A stretch of DNA of 64,000 nucleotides from Eledone cirrhosa. Lineage: Eukaryota. Positions 39,110 to 50,294 of the stretch are shown here, in pieces. A model generated the notes under the pieces. That model was not told the origin of the DNA. It saw only the letters and a program-made list of their open reading frames with translations, and did not search any database. Location: positions 82,150,001 through 82,214,000 of the forward strand of contig OZ024744.1 of NCBI GenBank assembly GCA_964016885.1, written 5' to 3'. Position numbers and translations under genes: made by a program. Within the stretch, counting starts at the first letter, position 1. The number at the start of each line of letters is the position of its first letter.

Positions 39110-39268
39110 TGATTTCTGATTTAGTCACAAGGCCAGCAATTTTGATGGAAGAGGAAAGTCGATTACATCGAGCCCAGTGCGTGACTGTCACTTTATTTTA
39201 TCGACTCCGTAAGGATGAAAGGCAACGTTAACCTCGACGGGATTTGAACTCAGAACGTAAAGGGACTT
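39110..39268 (-). mobile_element. SINE S1 copy (truncated)
   Basis: Consensus match. Confidence 0.85.
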
Positions 39269-39299
39269 TAATAATGGTTATTGATTACTTCAAACAATC

Positions 39300-40010
39300 A
39301 AATTTCCGCAACTGGTGCAGCCAGTCGTTGGAGTGCCTCTCTAGATGCTTTTGTCTCTACTCTGTGTCTTCTACTTGTCTCTACTCTGTGTCATGCGTAG
39401 AAGGGTCTTGGTGTTGTGATCAGTCCAGTCTCTGACGTTTGCAGACTAGGATTCTCTTTATCAGCTTGTTCTTCGCCCTATAATCAGTAGTTTCAACGTG
39501 TCTCTACTCTGTGTCATGCGTAGAAGGGTCTTGGTCTTGTGATCAGTCCAGTCTCTGACGTTTGCAGACTAGGATTCTCTTTATCAGCTTGTTCTTCGCC
39601 CTATAATCAGTAGTTTCAACGTGTCTCTACTCTGTGTCATGCGTAGAAGGGTCTTGGTCTTGTGATCAGTCCAGTCTCTGACGTTTGCAGACTAGGATTC
39701 TCTTTATCAGCTTGTTCTTCGCCCTATAATCAGCAGTTTCAACGTGTCTCTACTCTGTGTCATGCGTAGAAGGGTATTGGTCTTGTGATCAGTCCAGTCT
39801 CTGACGTTCGCAGACTAGGATTTATTAATCAGCTTATTTTTCGTCCTCCCTCAACGGTGCCATGAAGGATGGTTTTAGACAGGGATTCGTGGCGGATACA
39901 TGACAATACTAGGCAAGCTCCTATTTTTTCATCATTGCAAGAAGTGGTTCCTGTCTTTCCAGCGCATTGCTTACTTAGATCTGTGATGACTCCTAATTGT
40001 AGAATATTAC
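39300..40010 (-). mobile_element. Decayed RTE-clade 3' region
   Basis: Minus frames SLSKTILHGTVEGGRK and KS*SANVRDWTDHKTNTLLRMTQSRD. Confidence 0.7.
39376..39845. repeat. 123-bp tandem repeat, ~3.8 copies
   Basis: Unit starts at 39376, 39499, 39622 and 39745; copies near-identical. Confidence 0.95.
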
Positions 40011-40954
40011 TGAAGTCTTTTGACTCAGATACAATATCATGAATGGTATATATTATATCTTTGGACTAAGATGGCTAAATGGCAAAGAGACACCACGATG
40101 GGGATTTTGACCTCCCAATGTACGGAATGAAAGCTTTATACTGTAGCGTATTTCTTCTGTTTATACCTAGTCACCACTTGGTATAAACAGAAATTCAATG
40201 TGGCACGTGAAAAATCCATCAAATTCGGGCTACAACTAGCCTAAAATCTGAAAAACGCAATACAAAACATACAAGCACAACACAACACACATACAGACAC
40301 ACAGACACACACACACAAACGCATGCACACACGCATAACAACAACAACATAAGCAGCAACAACATAATATTAATGCAGTAGAAGATCAATGTCTGTATAG
40401 TTATAACATACAAGAAAATATAAAAACAAAAAAAAGAAAGAAAAATAAAACAAGTAAAAAAAAAAGGTTTAACAGATATATATATTTCTCCGGATCTGTG
40501 AAATTCATAGAGAGACTATCAATCACTTATTAGTTGTGAAGTTAGCTCCTGCCAGAGCATATTTATGTGTTGAGATAGAAGCCGGCAGTAAGATATTTTC
40601 AATTGGCAGATTCTCAAGGACCATTTGATTACAGCGGCAGACATGATAAGTAAGACCAGTAGAAAATGACCGAACGATTGTGTTGCATGATAGTGCTATG
40701 TATTCAGATAGGGAAATCTTACTGACCACTAGACCATATTCTCTTGACAACGCGCAAATGATTATGATTGATACGGTATATCCTGCTGACAGAATCTTAT
40801 CAATCATAGAAACAGAACAAAACAAAAACAAAAAAACAAAACAAAAACAAAACAAAAACAAAAGCAAAAACAAAAAGCAAAACAAAACAAAACGAAACAA
40901 AACAAAATAACGAAAAATGTAACTAGCAAAAGTAATATAAATATAATAACAATG

Positions 40955-41011
<57 letters not shown>

Positions 41012-41219
41012 CAAAAAAAGAAACCCCAAAAACGTAAAGAAAATAAGAATGAAGAGGGAAGCAGGCGGACGGACAGAGAAGAGGGGGGAAAAAGTAAAAC
41101 TTAAAAAACAAAAACTAAGTCAGACATTCGAATACTACATTACAATGAAACTTATGCTTATCCATTTTTGGGGCCCTTTCTGCCCGTGTGTTTGTTTGTT
41201 TATGTGTGTTCGTATACAG

Positions 41220-44200
41220 CGTGGTGATAATGCCACACAAGGGCCAAGTGGGATGGCGGATCCACAGATGGCTATGTAAACATACATTCGCCAATCCTCG
41301 ATAAGAGTGTTTAAATATCGAACATAAACAGTTCGAATAACGGTGAAATGGAGACTAGAACGTCATGTGACAGACTCTCACCCAACAGGTGCCCCCTGGC
41401 TCAGCAGCAGGAACCTGACTGTCAACCAAATACTGCTGATGTTGGAGGAAGAAGAAGAAGGAAAGGGGCCAGAACCAACTGGACGAAAGAATTGAATAGA
41501 ACTGTTATGCAATGCTACCTGAAAAGTAACCCCAAGGAGAGGGGCTACAGGAGACGGATGCATAACATCTGGAACGAGATTGGTTTATTTAAATTAGATG
41601 AACAAAAATTGGCCGGGCAGGCTCGGGTAATAAGAACTAATGGGTGGATAAGCGAGCTGGAACTGGAGGAACTGAGCAGAGAGAATGGCTTGGAGATGGC
41701 GGGTGTAGTATGCCAGACAAGCGAGCCGGTGGGAAATGAAGGTGAGGAGGTTCTGAGAACGGAGGAACCACCCGAAGCAGACAATGATCTGAATACTGAG
41801 ATAAATAATACCTGGAACAGAGATACGGCCACTGAGGAGATGAATGCTGACGGGCTAGGACAAGATTCGGTTGACATCCTAAATCTAGTGGTAGATGAAT
41901 TGAACAATGATAGTGGGAGACCTATGAACCTAAGATTTGTAGACAGGAAAAAGTTAAAAGAAACAACAGCTAAGGTAAACAAAGTCATCCCATACCTTGA
42001 GGCGAGGAGTCTTCACCAGTGCAACAATATCCTCAAAGCAACAGCAAATACGGTGAGGAAACTACTTGGTATAAAAGCGAGAGGAAACAACAGACAAGAA
42101 AGAGCAGAGCCGTGGTGGAAGAAGCGACTGAGTGGGCAAATCGGGGAAATGAGAAATGACATAGGAAAGCTTGAGTCACTACTGAATGGGACACTAAAAA
42201 ACATAGGCACTAAAAATAGACTGGAAATAAAATACAAAACTAGGAGTAAAAAGCTAAATATTATCATAGAGGAATTGAAGCAACGCATTGTAGCAAAGAG
42301 TGCCAAAATCAGGCGATACGAGAACAAAGTCAGTCAGTATAAACAGAACCGCATGTTCGACAACAACCAGAAGATGCTGTTTGGACAGCTTGAGGGGAAA
42401 GAAAGAGGCAACGACTTGATCCCTGGGGCGGAACAAGCTAAAACATTCTGGAGAGGAATATGGGAGCAGGATGTTAGACACAATGCCCAGGCAGGGTGGA
42501 TTGAGACATTACAGAGGGAGATCGGTGAGAAGGCACAACAACAGACTGATTTGAGTATCACAGTTGAAACTCTTAAGGGGCAAGCCAAAAAACTAACCAA
42601 CTGGAAATCACCAGGCCCAGATGGTGTGCAGGGGTATTGGATTAAACATTTAACATCCCTCCACCCGAAGCTGACGGCCATGTTCAATGACTGCTTGGTG
42701 TCGGGTGAGGTGCCAGAGTGGTTGACAAAAGGTACCACAGTTCTGATAATGAAAGACCGAATCAAGGGTAATGATGTTACCAACTATAGACCTATCACAT
42801 GTCTGCCCGTAATGTGGAAACTGTTGACGAGCATTGTGTCTGAGGAAATCTACCATCACCTCCACACAAACAACTTGTTACCGGACGAACAGAAAGGATG
42901 CCGAAAGAAGTCACGTAGTACAAAGGACCAGTTGCTTATTGATAAGATGGTAATGGGGAATTGCAGGAGGAGACACACTGATCTTGCCATGGGATGGATA
43001 GACTACAGAAAGGCATTTGACATGGTGCCTCATTCCTGGATCACCAAAAGCCTGGAGGTCTTCAGGGTGGCAGATAACATCAGACAGTTGCTGGGCAGGA
43101 GTATGGGGTCCTGGGAGACAGAGTTGACATCAACTGGAGTATCCTTGGGAAGCGTGAAGATCAAGAGAGGTATCTTCCAGGGAGATAGCCTGTCCCCTCT
43201 GTTGTTTGTCCTTGCCCTGATGCCCTTGACCATTGTGCTGCGAAAAGTGAGAGCAGGATACAAGTTGGGAAGGGGAGAGCTTACCATCAATCACCTCCTC
43301 TTCATGGACGATCTTAAGCTCTTCGGGAAAAGTGAGAAGGAGTTGGATGTGCTTGTTGACACTGTCCGTATTTTCAGCAGTGATATATGTATGCAGTTTG
43401 GTATTGGTAAATGTGGAGTCATTGTGATGAAGAGGGGTAGGTTGAGCAGAAGTAACGGGATCCAGATACCAACAGGTGAGATGATAAAGGAAATTGACTC
43501 TGAGGAAGGATACAAGTATTTGGGCGTTCTGGAGGCTGATGGCATAAAGAACAAAAAAATGAAGGAATTGTTAAGAACTGAATACATTCGGAGAGTAAGG
43601 AGCGTATTGAAGTCACATCTGAACAGCAGAAATGCCATAAGCGCAGTAAATTCCCGAGCTGTGTCTATTATTAGGTACAGTGCGGGAATTCTGAGATGGA
43701 ATGTTGCTGAACAAAAAGAAATGGATAGGAAGACTAGGAAGCTATTGACTATCTACAACATGTTCCACAAGAGGAGTGATGTCGATAGACTCTACCTAAG
43801 GAGATCTGAGGGTGGAAGAGGTCTTATCAGCATAGAGGACTGTGTTCAGATGGAGAAAAACAACCTATACAAATACGTGACCTATAGTAAGGAGCCAATG
43901 CTCAGAACTGTACTGAAGGAGGGGACAGTAGGCCAGGGGATGTCCAAGGAGGAAATAACATCAAGGAGGAAGAGCAGCCTTAAGGGAAAATCCCTTCATA
44001 GTACCTTCTTTGAGAAAACTGAATTTAGAGATCCACAGACATGGAACTGGTTGAGAAGAGGAGACCTCAAAAAGGCTACAGAAGGAATGCTAATGGCTGC
44101 GCAGGAGCAGGCCCTCAAAACGAAGTGGTTGAAGCACCATATCTACAAGGAGGAGGCTAGCCCACTGTGCAGGATCTGTGGAGAGAGAGAGGAGACTGTG

Positions 44201-44815
44201 GCTCACATTGTGTCCGAGTGTAAACACCTAGCCCAGACCCACTATAAGGGCTGGAGACACGATGTGATGGGCAGGGTGATCCACTGGCACCTGTGCAAAG
44301 TAAACAATCTACCACATTCTGAGAAATGGTATGAGCATAGGCCAGAGGCGGTGATGGAGAACAGTCAGGTGAAGGTGCTGTGGGATTTTAGGATACAGAC
44401 GGACAAAAAACTGGAACACAATAGACCTGACCTGGTGGTTGTGGACAAAGAAAAAAGATCGTGCCTGATTGTGGATGTGGCCTGCCCGTTCGACACGAGA
44501 GTGCAAGAGAAGGAGAGGGAGAAAATTAACCGATACCAGGACCTAAAGTGGGAGGTGAAAAGGATTTGGAACTGCCATGAAGTCAAAGTGATCCCGATTG
44601 TCATAGGCGCACTGGGGACTATCTCCAAAGGTTTCCAGGGATGGTTAAAGAAAATCGGCCCCTTCACGCTTTTTGGAACGCTTCAAAAGGCATGCTTGCT
44701 TGGAACAGCAAGAACCCTCCGATACGTCCTGAATATCTGAGGCTGCAGGTAGTGGCTTGATATTCAATCCAACGGACTTTCCAGTTAACCAACATCAATG
44801 ACTGAGATTCAAGGA
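41220..44815 (+). mobile_element. Probably full-length Dong/R4 element; 3' end joined to (TAA)n (5' boundary uncertain)
   Basis: ~75-nt 3' UTR then (AAT)n 44815-44875; upstream (AAT)n at ~40955-41008. Confidence 0.8.
41348..44740 (+). CDS. R4/Dong-clade retrotransposon protein: RT + CCHC knuckle + restriction-like endonuclease
   Basis: Intact 1130 aa; KSPGPDG, YRPITCL, GIFQGDSLSPLLF, LFMDDLK, CRICGEREETVAHIVSEC, RHD, RPDLVVVD..IVDVACP, K..RY. Confidence 0.95.
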   Translation: METRTSCDRLSPNRCPLAQQQEPDCQPNTADVGGRRRRKGARTNWTKELNRTVMQCYLKSNPKERGYRRRMHNIWNEIGLFKLDEQKLAGQARVIRTNGWISELELEELSRENGLEMAGVVCQTSEPVGNEGEEVLRTEEPPEADNDLNTEINNTWNRDTATEEMNADGLGQDSVDILNLVVDELNNDSGRPMNLRFVDRKKLKETTAKVNKVIPYLEARSLHQCNNILKATANTVRKLLGIKARGNNRQERAEPWWKKRLSGQIGEMRNDIGKLESLLNGTLKNIGTKNRLEIKYKTRSKKLNIIIEELKQRIVAKSAKIRRYENKVSQYKQNRMFDNNQKMLFGQLEGKERGNDLIPGAEQAKTFWRGIWEQDVRHNAQAGWIETLQREIGEKAQQQTDLSITVETLKGQAKKLTNWKSPGPDGVQGYWIKHLTSLHPKLTAMFNDCLVSGEVPEWLTKGTTVLIMKDRIKGNDVTNYRPITCLPVMWKLLTSIVSEEIYHHLHTNNLLPDEQKGCRKKSRSTKDQLLIDKMVMGNCRRRHTDLAMGWIDYRKAFDMVPHSWITKSLEVFRVADNIRQLLGRSMGSWETELTSTGVSLGSVKIKRGIFQGDSLSPLLFVLALMPLTIVLRKVRAGYKLGRGELTINHLLFMDDLKLFGKSEKELDVLVDTVRIFSSDICMQFGIGKCGVIVMKRGRLSRSNGIQIPTGEMIKEIDSEEGYKYLGVLEADGIKNKKMKELLRTEYIRRVRSVLKSHLNSRNAISAVNSRAVSIIRYSAGILRWNVAEQKEMDRKTRKLLTIYNMFHKRSDVDRLYLRRSEGGRGLISIEDCVQMEKNNLYKYVTYSKEPMLRTVLKEGTVGQGMSKEEITSRRKSSLKGKSLHSTFFEKTEFRDPQTWNWLRRGDLKKATEGMLMAAQEQALKTKWLKHHIYKEEASPLCRICGEREETVAHIVSECKHLAQTHYKGWRHDVMGRVIHWHLCKVNNLPHSEKWYEHRPEAVMENSQVKVLWDFRIQTDKKLEHNRPDLVVVDKEKRSCLIVDVACPFDTRVQEKEREKINRYQDLKWEVKRIWNCHEVKVIPIVIGALGTISKGFQGWLKKIGPFTLFGTLQKACLLGTARTLRYVLNI

Positions 44816-44826
44816 ATAACAATAAC

Positions 44827-44877
<51 letters not shown>

Positions 44878-44879
<2 letters not shown>

Positions 44880-45183
44880 GAGGAGAGGGAGAAAATTAAC
44901 CGATACCAGGACTTAAAGTGGGAGGTAAAGAGGATTTGGAACTGCCATGAAGTCAAAGTGGTCCCGATTGTCATAGGCGCACTAGGTACTATCTCAAAGA
45001 GTTTCCAAGGATGGTTAAAGAAAATTGGTCCCGCCCCGCTTTATGGAACACCTCAAAGGGCCAACTTGCTGGGAACAGCAAGAACCCTCCGATACGTCCT
45101 GAATATCTGAGGCTGCAGGTAGTGGCTTCATATTTATTTCAACAAACTTTCCAGTTAAATAACATCAATGACTGAGACTCAAC

Positions 45184-45185
<2 letters not shown>
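44878..45185 (+). mobile_element. 5'-truncated copy of the same Dong family, (AAT)n on both sides
   Basis: Repeats 44509-44815 with scattered substitutions. Confidence 0.95.
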
Positions 45186-45213
<28 letters not shown>

Positions 45214-45215
<2 letters not shown>

Positions 45216-45398
45216 GTTTCAGATTTAGGCACAAGGCCAGCAATTTTGGGGAAGGCCAGTACGTTACTGGTACTTTATTTTATCCACCCCGTAAGGATGA
45301 AAGCAATGTTAACCTCGGCGGGATTTGAACTGAGACCGTAAAGGGTCATGACTCTATGCGGCATAGCATGGTGTCTGACGCTCTACCGATACTGCCAA
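45214..45398 (-). mobile_element. SINE S1 copy in (AAT)n
   Basis: Consensus match; AAT runs on both sides. Confidence 0.9.
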
Positions 45399-45419
45399 AT
45401 AATAATAATAATAATAATG

Positions 45420-47140
45420 TGGAAAAAGACCGTTCACAAACCACCTTCTGTTTATGGATGATCTGAAACTGTTTTGGAGGTCTGAAAACCAGATAGATTC
45501 TTAACAGTCCATATATAACAGTGACAACGGTATAGAATTTGTATTTCGAAACGTTCTGTGCTCAATATGAAAAGAGGGAAGAAAGCGGCCTGTAGAGCAT
45601 TAAGACTACGATTGGGAGAAACCACAAGGGAACCGGATGATAGTGGATATAAGTATTTGGGGATTTTAGAATTGGATGATATTTTACATACAGAAATAAA
45701 AGAAAGGTTAAGAGAGACATATTTAAAAAAGAGTAAAAAGATTTTAAAATCGAACCCGAATGCAAGAAATCTTGCCACACTGCAATCAACATCTGGGTAG
45801 TTGCAGTGGTTGTAGTGTGTCCATTTTCAGGTGGACTGAAGAAGAAATAGCAAAGGTGGATAGAAAGACGAGGAAATTAATGACATTGTACGGAGCATTA
45901 CACCCTAAAGCAAATATAAATAGATTGTACACGAAGAGAAAGAATGGTGGTAGAGGTCTCATCAATGTGAATTATTTTATATAGAGTTAAAGGAAAACGC
46001 TTGCAGAATATTTGGTAAACAGAGACGAAAATATGGGTATACGTGCAGATGAAATAGTTGGTAAAGAAGAGTTTAACCAAAGAGTTGAAGAGAAGAGAAA
46101 AGATTTTAGGAGATTAGTATCGGTGTACATATATGTATTATCAATACATGCAGGTGAGAGTTGTGACATGGTTGTTATAAAGAATTGTTACCACATGTTG
46201 ATGTTCAGGTGGTCACAACTCCCAGACTGGAGTGTGTACGGTTCAAGTGTTTCTTTAGGCTACCAGTGTTCTTCTTCTTGGGTGCGAAGGAAGTGAAACA
46301 GGAGTCATCTCTTGACAAGGTCTCAGGTGTTCTTGTCCCTTCGACGTTCAGGAGTAGAGTGTGTCTTATGGCTTGATTGTCCTCCACTATATAGTCCCCA
46401 GGGGGACGCAACTCCATTTAGTACATGAATCTGCCGCTGGGAGTCGCGCCCGTCGCAAAGGGACGTAACTCTTATACGTGCTGAGTCACAGCCGTAAGGG
46501 GCCGCTACAAGATCTTCTGGAAATGAGAATGCATGGGCAGTTTGAAAGAAATACACAGGCTGTCAAGGATAAAACAACAACCTGGACATAACTTAAGCAA
46601 GGTGATTTGAAGCATATCACTGAAAGCTTTATAATTGTAGCACAAAACCAAGTACTTGCTTGCAATTCAGTGAAGTGAAACATCTAAAAAAATTCTGACA
46701 CCCAGAAATGTATGTGTAAAATGTAACCCACGTGGTCAGTGGGTGTGAGAGCCCTGCGCAAAAATAATACAAGCACCACCATGATACAAGCACCATCATG
46801 TTTGTACCTTTATTGTTGTTATATTGTATTGGGTCGTCAAGTATGAAATTTGTAGACATTTGTAGGCAAAAAACAAATTTCTACAAATTTCATCCTTGAC
46901 GACACAATAAATACCAATACGAAGTAATAGTGAATTGGTATTTATCGTGTCGTCAAGTAGGACATTTGTAGAAATTTGTTTTTTGTCTACAAATTTCATA
47001 CTTGACGACACAATAAATACCAATACCAAGTAATAGTGAATTGGTATGAGCATGTGACTTGTAAAGTAATGCAGGAGGATGAGGAAACAAATGTATTCTG
47101 GGATTATGACTTTCAAACTGATAGAGTAATCGCCGACCGG
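45420..47140 (+). pseudogene. Old decayed Dong/R4 element (different subfamily)
   Basis: NHLLFMDDLKLF (~45439), GYKYLGILE, DRKTRKLMT..RLY..RKNGGRGLI, GDLK, WYEH...FWDYDFQTD. Confidence 0.85.
46115..46509 (-). mobile_element. Probable solo LTR inserted in old Dong
   Basis: 4-bp direct repeat AGAT (46111-46114, 46510-46513); minus strand TGTAGCGG...CCGATACTA with internal TATATA; removing it restores Dong continuity. Confidence 0.65.
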
Positions 47141-47230
47141 ACATTGTGTACACAAAAGGACATATTAGCATTATTTGTGTTGGTTCTTAAAAAAAGAAAA
47201 GAAATGCTGTCTGTGTGTATGTGTGTATGT

Positions 47231-47290
<60 letters not shown>

Positions 47291-47826
47291 TTTATTGAAC
47301 GCTTTTTCGTCGAAACGCTATATTACGAAACATAAATAAACAGTACACACGCACACACTGATGACCCACACTGTGTGTGAGAGTGTGTGTGTGTATGTGT
47401 GAGTGTGTGTGTGTGCACTGTTTATTTACGTCTCGTAATATAGCGTTTCGACGAAAAAGGGATCGATAAAATAGGTACCAGATTTGAAAGAAAAGAATAA
47501 GTATTGAGGATGATATAATCAATTAAAACATGGCCGCAGTCTAATGACTGAAAACATTGAAAGAGTAAAATAATAAAATAATATTTAAAGAAACTGAAAT
47601 ATTTAGCTGAGAGAAAGATTACACATGGATTAACAGAATACACAGGTGAGCAATGAGACAAATAGATAAACAGGTGATTAGAACAGTGAAAACAAAATTA
47701 GATAATCAATTGTCAGAGCAGAGAAAAATATCAAATTAAATGAAATCAGTTATTTTCATGGAAATGAAGTCATATATTTAGGCTGATTGATCTTTCATCA
47801 ATATGATTGTCTGGCTGCATATATAC

Positions 47827-47864
<38 letters not shown>

Positions 47865-47892
47865 CCACAAACACACACACACATACACGCGC

Positions 47893-47939
<47 letters not shown>

Positions 47940-48091
47940 CCCCCCCCACACACACACACAAACACACACACACACACACGCGCACACACACACATATATT
48001 TATATATATATATATATATATATAACTTCCAACCTACCTACTTAACTATCTGTCATTCTACTAAATTGTATACCTATGAATCAATCACTGA

Positions 48092-48131
<40 letters not shown>

Positions 48132-48356
48132 CTCTATCAGACGTGTGTCACTTCGCGGAGAAGTTTCCGTTAATTTATGTAAGGAAAAAACGTGAGTTTT
48201 TAGTTCAATTTTATATCATTGTGTAACTTGACCACCCGTCTGGACCTTCAGGTGGTGGGTCAACTCATTTTCGCCCCTACAGGGGCGGAATATCCATTTA
48301 AAAAATTTTTCTCCATCGAATCTTGGAAAAAAATATTGTAAAATTTTGATTACGTT

Positions 48357-50261
48357 ATGAACGCTGCGTCCAACGATAATGGTGGTGGAGAGGCGGTAAG
48401 ACTACAAAGCTCGCAGTCAACAACGTCTTCTTCACTAGATACTATAGAGATGGAAAGACAAAATGAAAATAAAAAAACGAATACACATCCAAACAACACA
48501 AATGACACCAAACAGCTCAATGACAACAAAAATAACAGCAAAACCAATAATGATGATAAAAGCAACAATGATAACAACAACAAAGAAAAAAATAAAGACA
48601 ACGCCAATAACACCAGCATCAAAGACAACAACAACACCAAGGAAAATACGGATGATACCAACATCGGTGACAACAAGAATAACAACAATAATGACAACAC
48701 CACCAATACGGATTCCACAAAGAAACCAAAAATCTCCTTTGCGGAGAAAGTTCAAAAGAAAGAACAATTGATATATCTCGACATAACAAATGCTGAACAC
48801 CTTTTAAAGGACGCTAAGAGATATGTCACCTTCGAAAAAAATGGTGCTTTCAGCATCAATTCTCCGGTAGAAATTCGCAAGGAAACTGCTCTCAAAACGA
48901 TAGTTTTTAGGACAGTATCCAATTCTACCCGAAAACCAGTCCAATTGTCACAGAAAGATATTGAACTGGTTTTCAAAGATTCAATGAATGATATTGCATT
49001 CATTCAAAGAAGCAAACTTTTTGGGAGTATTTCGGTACTGATGAAGGATCAATTGACGGCCCAAAATTACTCTGTGTCGCCAATTGTATCCAACCTGTAC
49101 ACCTTTTTCCCTACATACATGGGAAAAAGGACACAAAAGATCAGAATCACAAGTGTCACACCAAAGGTGAACATATGGTGGATACTGTGCGGCTTCATCA
49201 ATTTTGATGAAGACAGAATACTGTCAGTAGGCAAGTCCCCCAGAGATGTATTCAATGGGACTAGCATTGAAGTTCTGGTGCAAATGAGCCCAGAGCGAAT
49301 AGCTATGATCCCACAGCGTGTACTCCTGGACGGACTTACCTACATAAACCTTTCAGTTGAGGGTAGGCGGCCTTCATGTTACCATTGCTTTAGCAGGGGT
49401 CACCTGAGGGCTTCCTGTCCTAAACTAATGAACCAAAAAAAGGCTCTTCTGCCAACACCCATCAAAACAACACAACCACCAACACCACCACTACAACAAC
49501 AACACCAACACACAAAAATAACCACAACAAACACAGTCCCACCCAACCTCACTCCACCTAAAACCACTGCAAAATCACATACAGACACAACAGCTCCCCA
49601 AGACATACCCCTCCCCAATCACACAGACGATACAACAGATGAGGCTATCTCGCCATCACCCAGTGAAGACGAGGGAGAACCCCATCGCTCGAAAAGAAAG
49701 AAAAGACATCACAAAAGCAAAAAACCAGCAAACACTACCACAAACATACAACCACCAACACAAACAACAAAAATATCACAAACAAAACCCCCACCTCCTG
49801 AAAACAAAATACCTACAACAAAACGAAAGCACACACAAGAACTACAGACAAAAACAAACACAACACAAGAAAATTACACTTACACTTACATAAACACTGA
49901 AAACAAAACACTAATGGAGACCATTACGAACGACCCTTCGGCTTTCACCGAAGGGAAAACTTTCGCCCACTCTATAAAAAATAGCAAAAAAATGAACCTA
50001 AAACTGATTAGGGTCCCTATACAAACTTATAGGTCCCTAAAAGAAACATTTGAGAAGGATGTGGGGAATTCCTGCGTGAAACCACTCAACCGCGTCCTTC
50101 TCAAATGCCTCCCCACCCCAGACACCCCCATCCCACCAGACCCCACCCCACCAAACATCTGCGTCCCCACCCCACCGGAAACCACCACCCATCCAGACAA
50201 CCCCTCCAATACCCCCATGGAAATCGTGCGGCCTGGTCCCCAGGAGGCGAAGGGTGAGTGA
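48357..50261 (+). CDS. Tx1 ORF1 (gag-like, one CCHC knuckle, Asn- and Thr/Pro-rich disordered flanks)
   Basis: 634 aa; SFAEKV; CYHCFSRGHLRASC. Confidence 0.9.
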   Translation: MNAASNDNGGGEAVRLQSSQSTTSSSLDTIEMERQNENKKTNTHPNNTNDTKQLNDNKNNSKTNNDDKSNNDNNNKEKNKDNANNTSIKDNNNTKENTDDTNIGDNKNNNNNDNTTNTDSTKKPKISFAEKVQKKEQLIYLDITNAEHLLKDAKRYVTFEKNGAFSINSPVEIRKETALKTIVFRTVSNSTRKPVQLSQKDIELVFKDSMNDIAFIQRSKLFGSISVLMKDQLTAQNYSVSPIVSNLYTFFPTYMGKRTQKIRITSVTPKVNIWWILCGFINFDEDRILSVGKSPRDVFNGTSIEVLVQMSPERIAMIPQRVLLDGLTYINLSVEGRRPSCYHCFSRGHLRASCPKLMNQKKALLPTPIKTTQPPTPPLQQQHQHTKITTTNTVPPNLTPPKTTAKSHTDTTAPQDIPLPNHTDDTTDEAISPSPSEDEGEPHRSKRKKRHHKSKKPANTTTNIQPPTQTTKISQTKPPPPENKIPTTKRKHTQELQTKTNTTQENYTYTYINTENKTLMETITNDPSAFTEGKTFAHSIKNSKKMNLKLIRVPIQTYRSLKETFEKDVGNSCVKPLNRVLLKCLPTPDTPIPPDPTPPNICVPTPPETTTHPDNPSNTPMEIVRPGPQEAKGE

Positions 50262-50294
50262 TCTCTTTTCCTCTTTTAACTTTTCAGCACCAAC

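Noticed and set aside
39376-39845. Regular repeats as a CRISPR array or hammerhead retrozyme
   Set aside because: No unique spacers, no cas genes and no valid CUGANGA/GAAA fold; derived from RTE
40523-41029. 168-aa minus ORF as a host exon
   Set aside because: Half is microsatellite; the rest has no recognisable motif or clear splice sites
47302-47335. GTCGAAACGC as a hammerhead 3' half
   Set aside because: Part of an inverted duplication of a SINE-like repeat; no 5' core
50254-50287. 34-nt GT-AG intron fusing ORF1 to ORF2
   Set aside because: Very short, splicing puts ORF2 out of frame, and B lacks the AG
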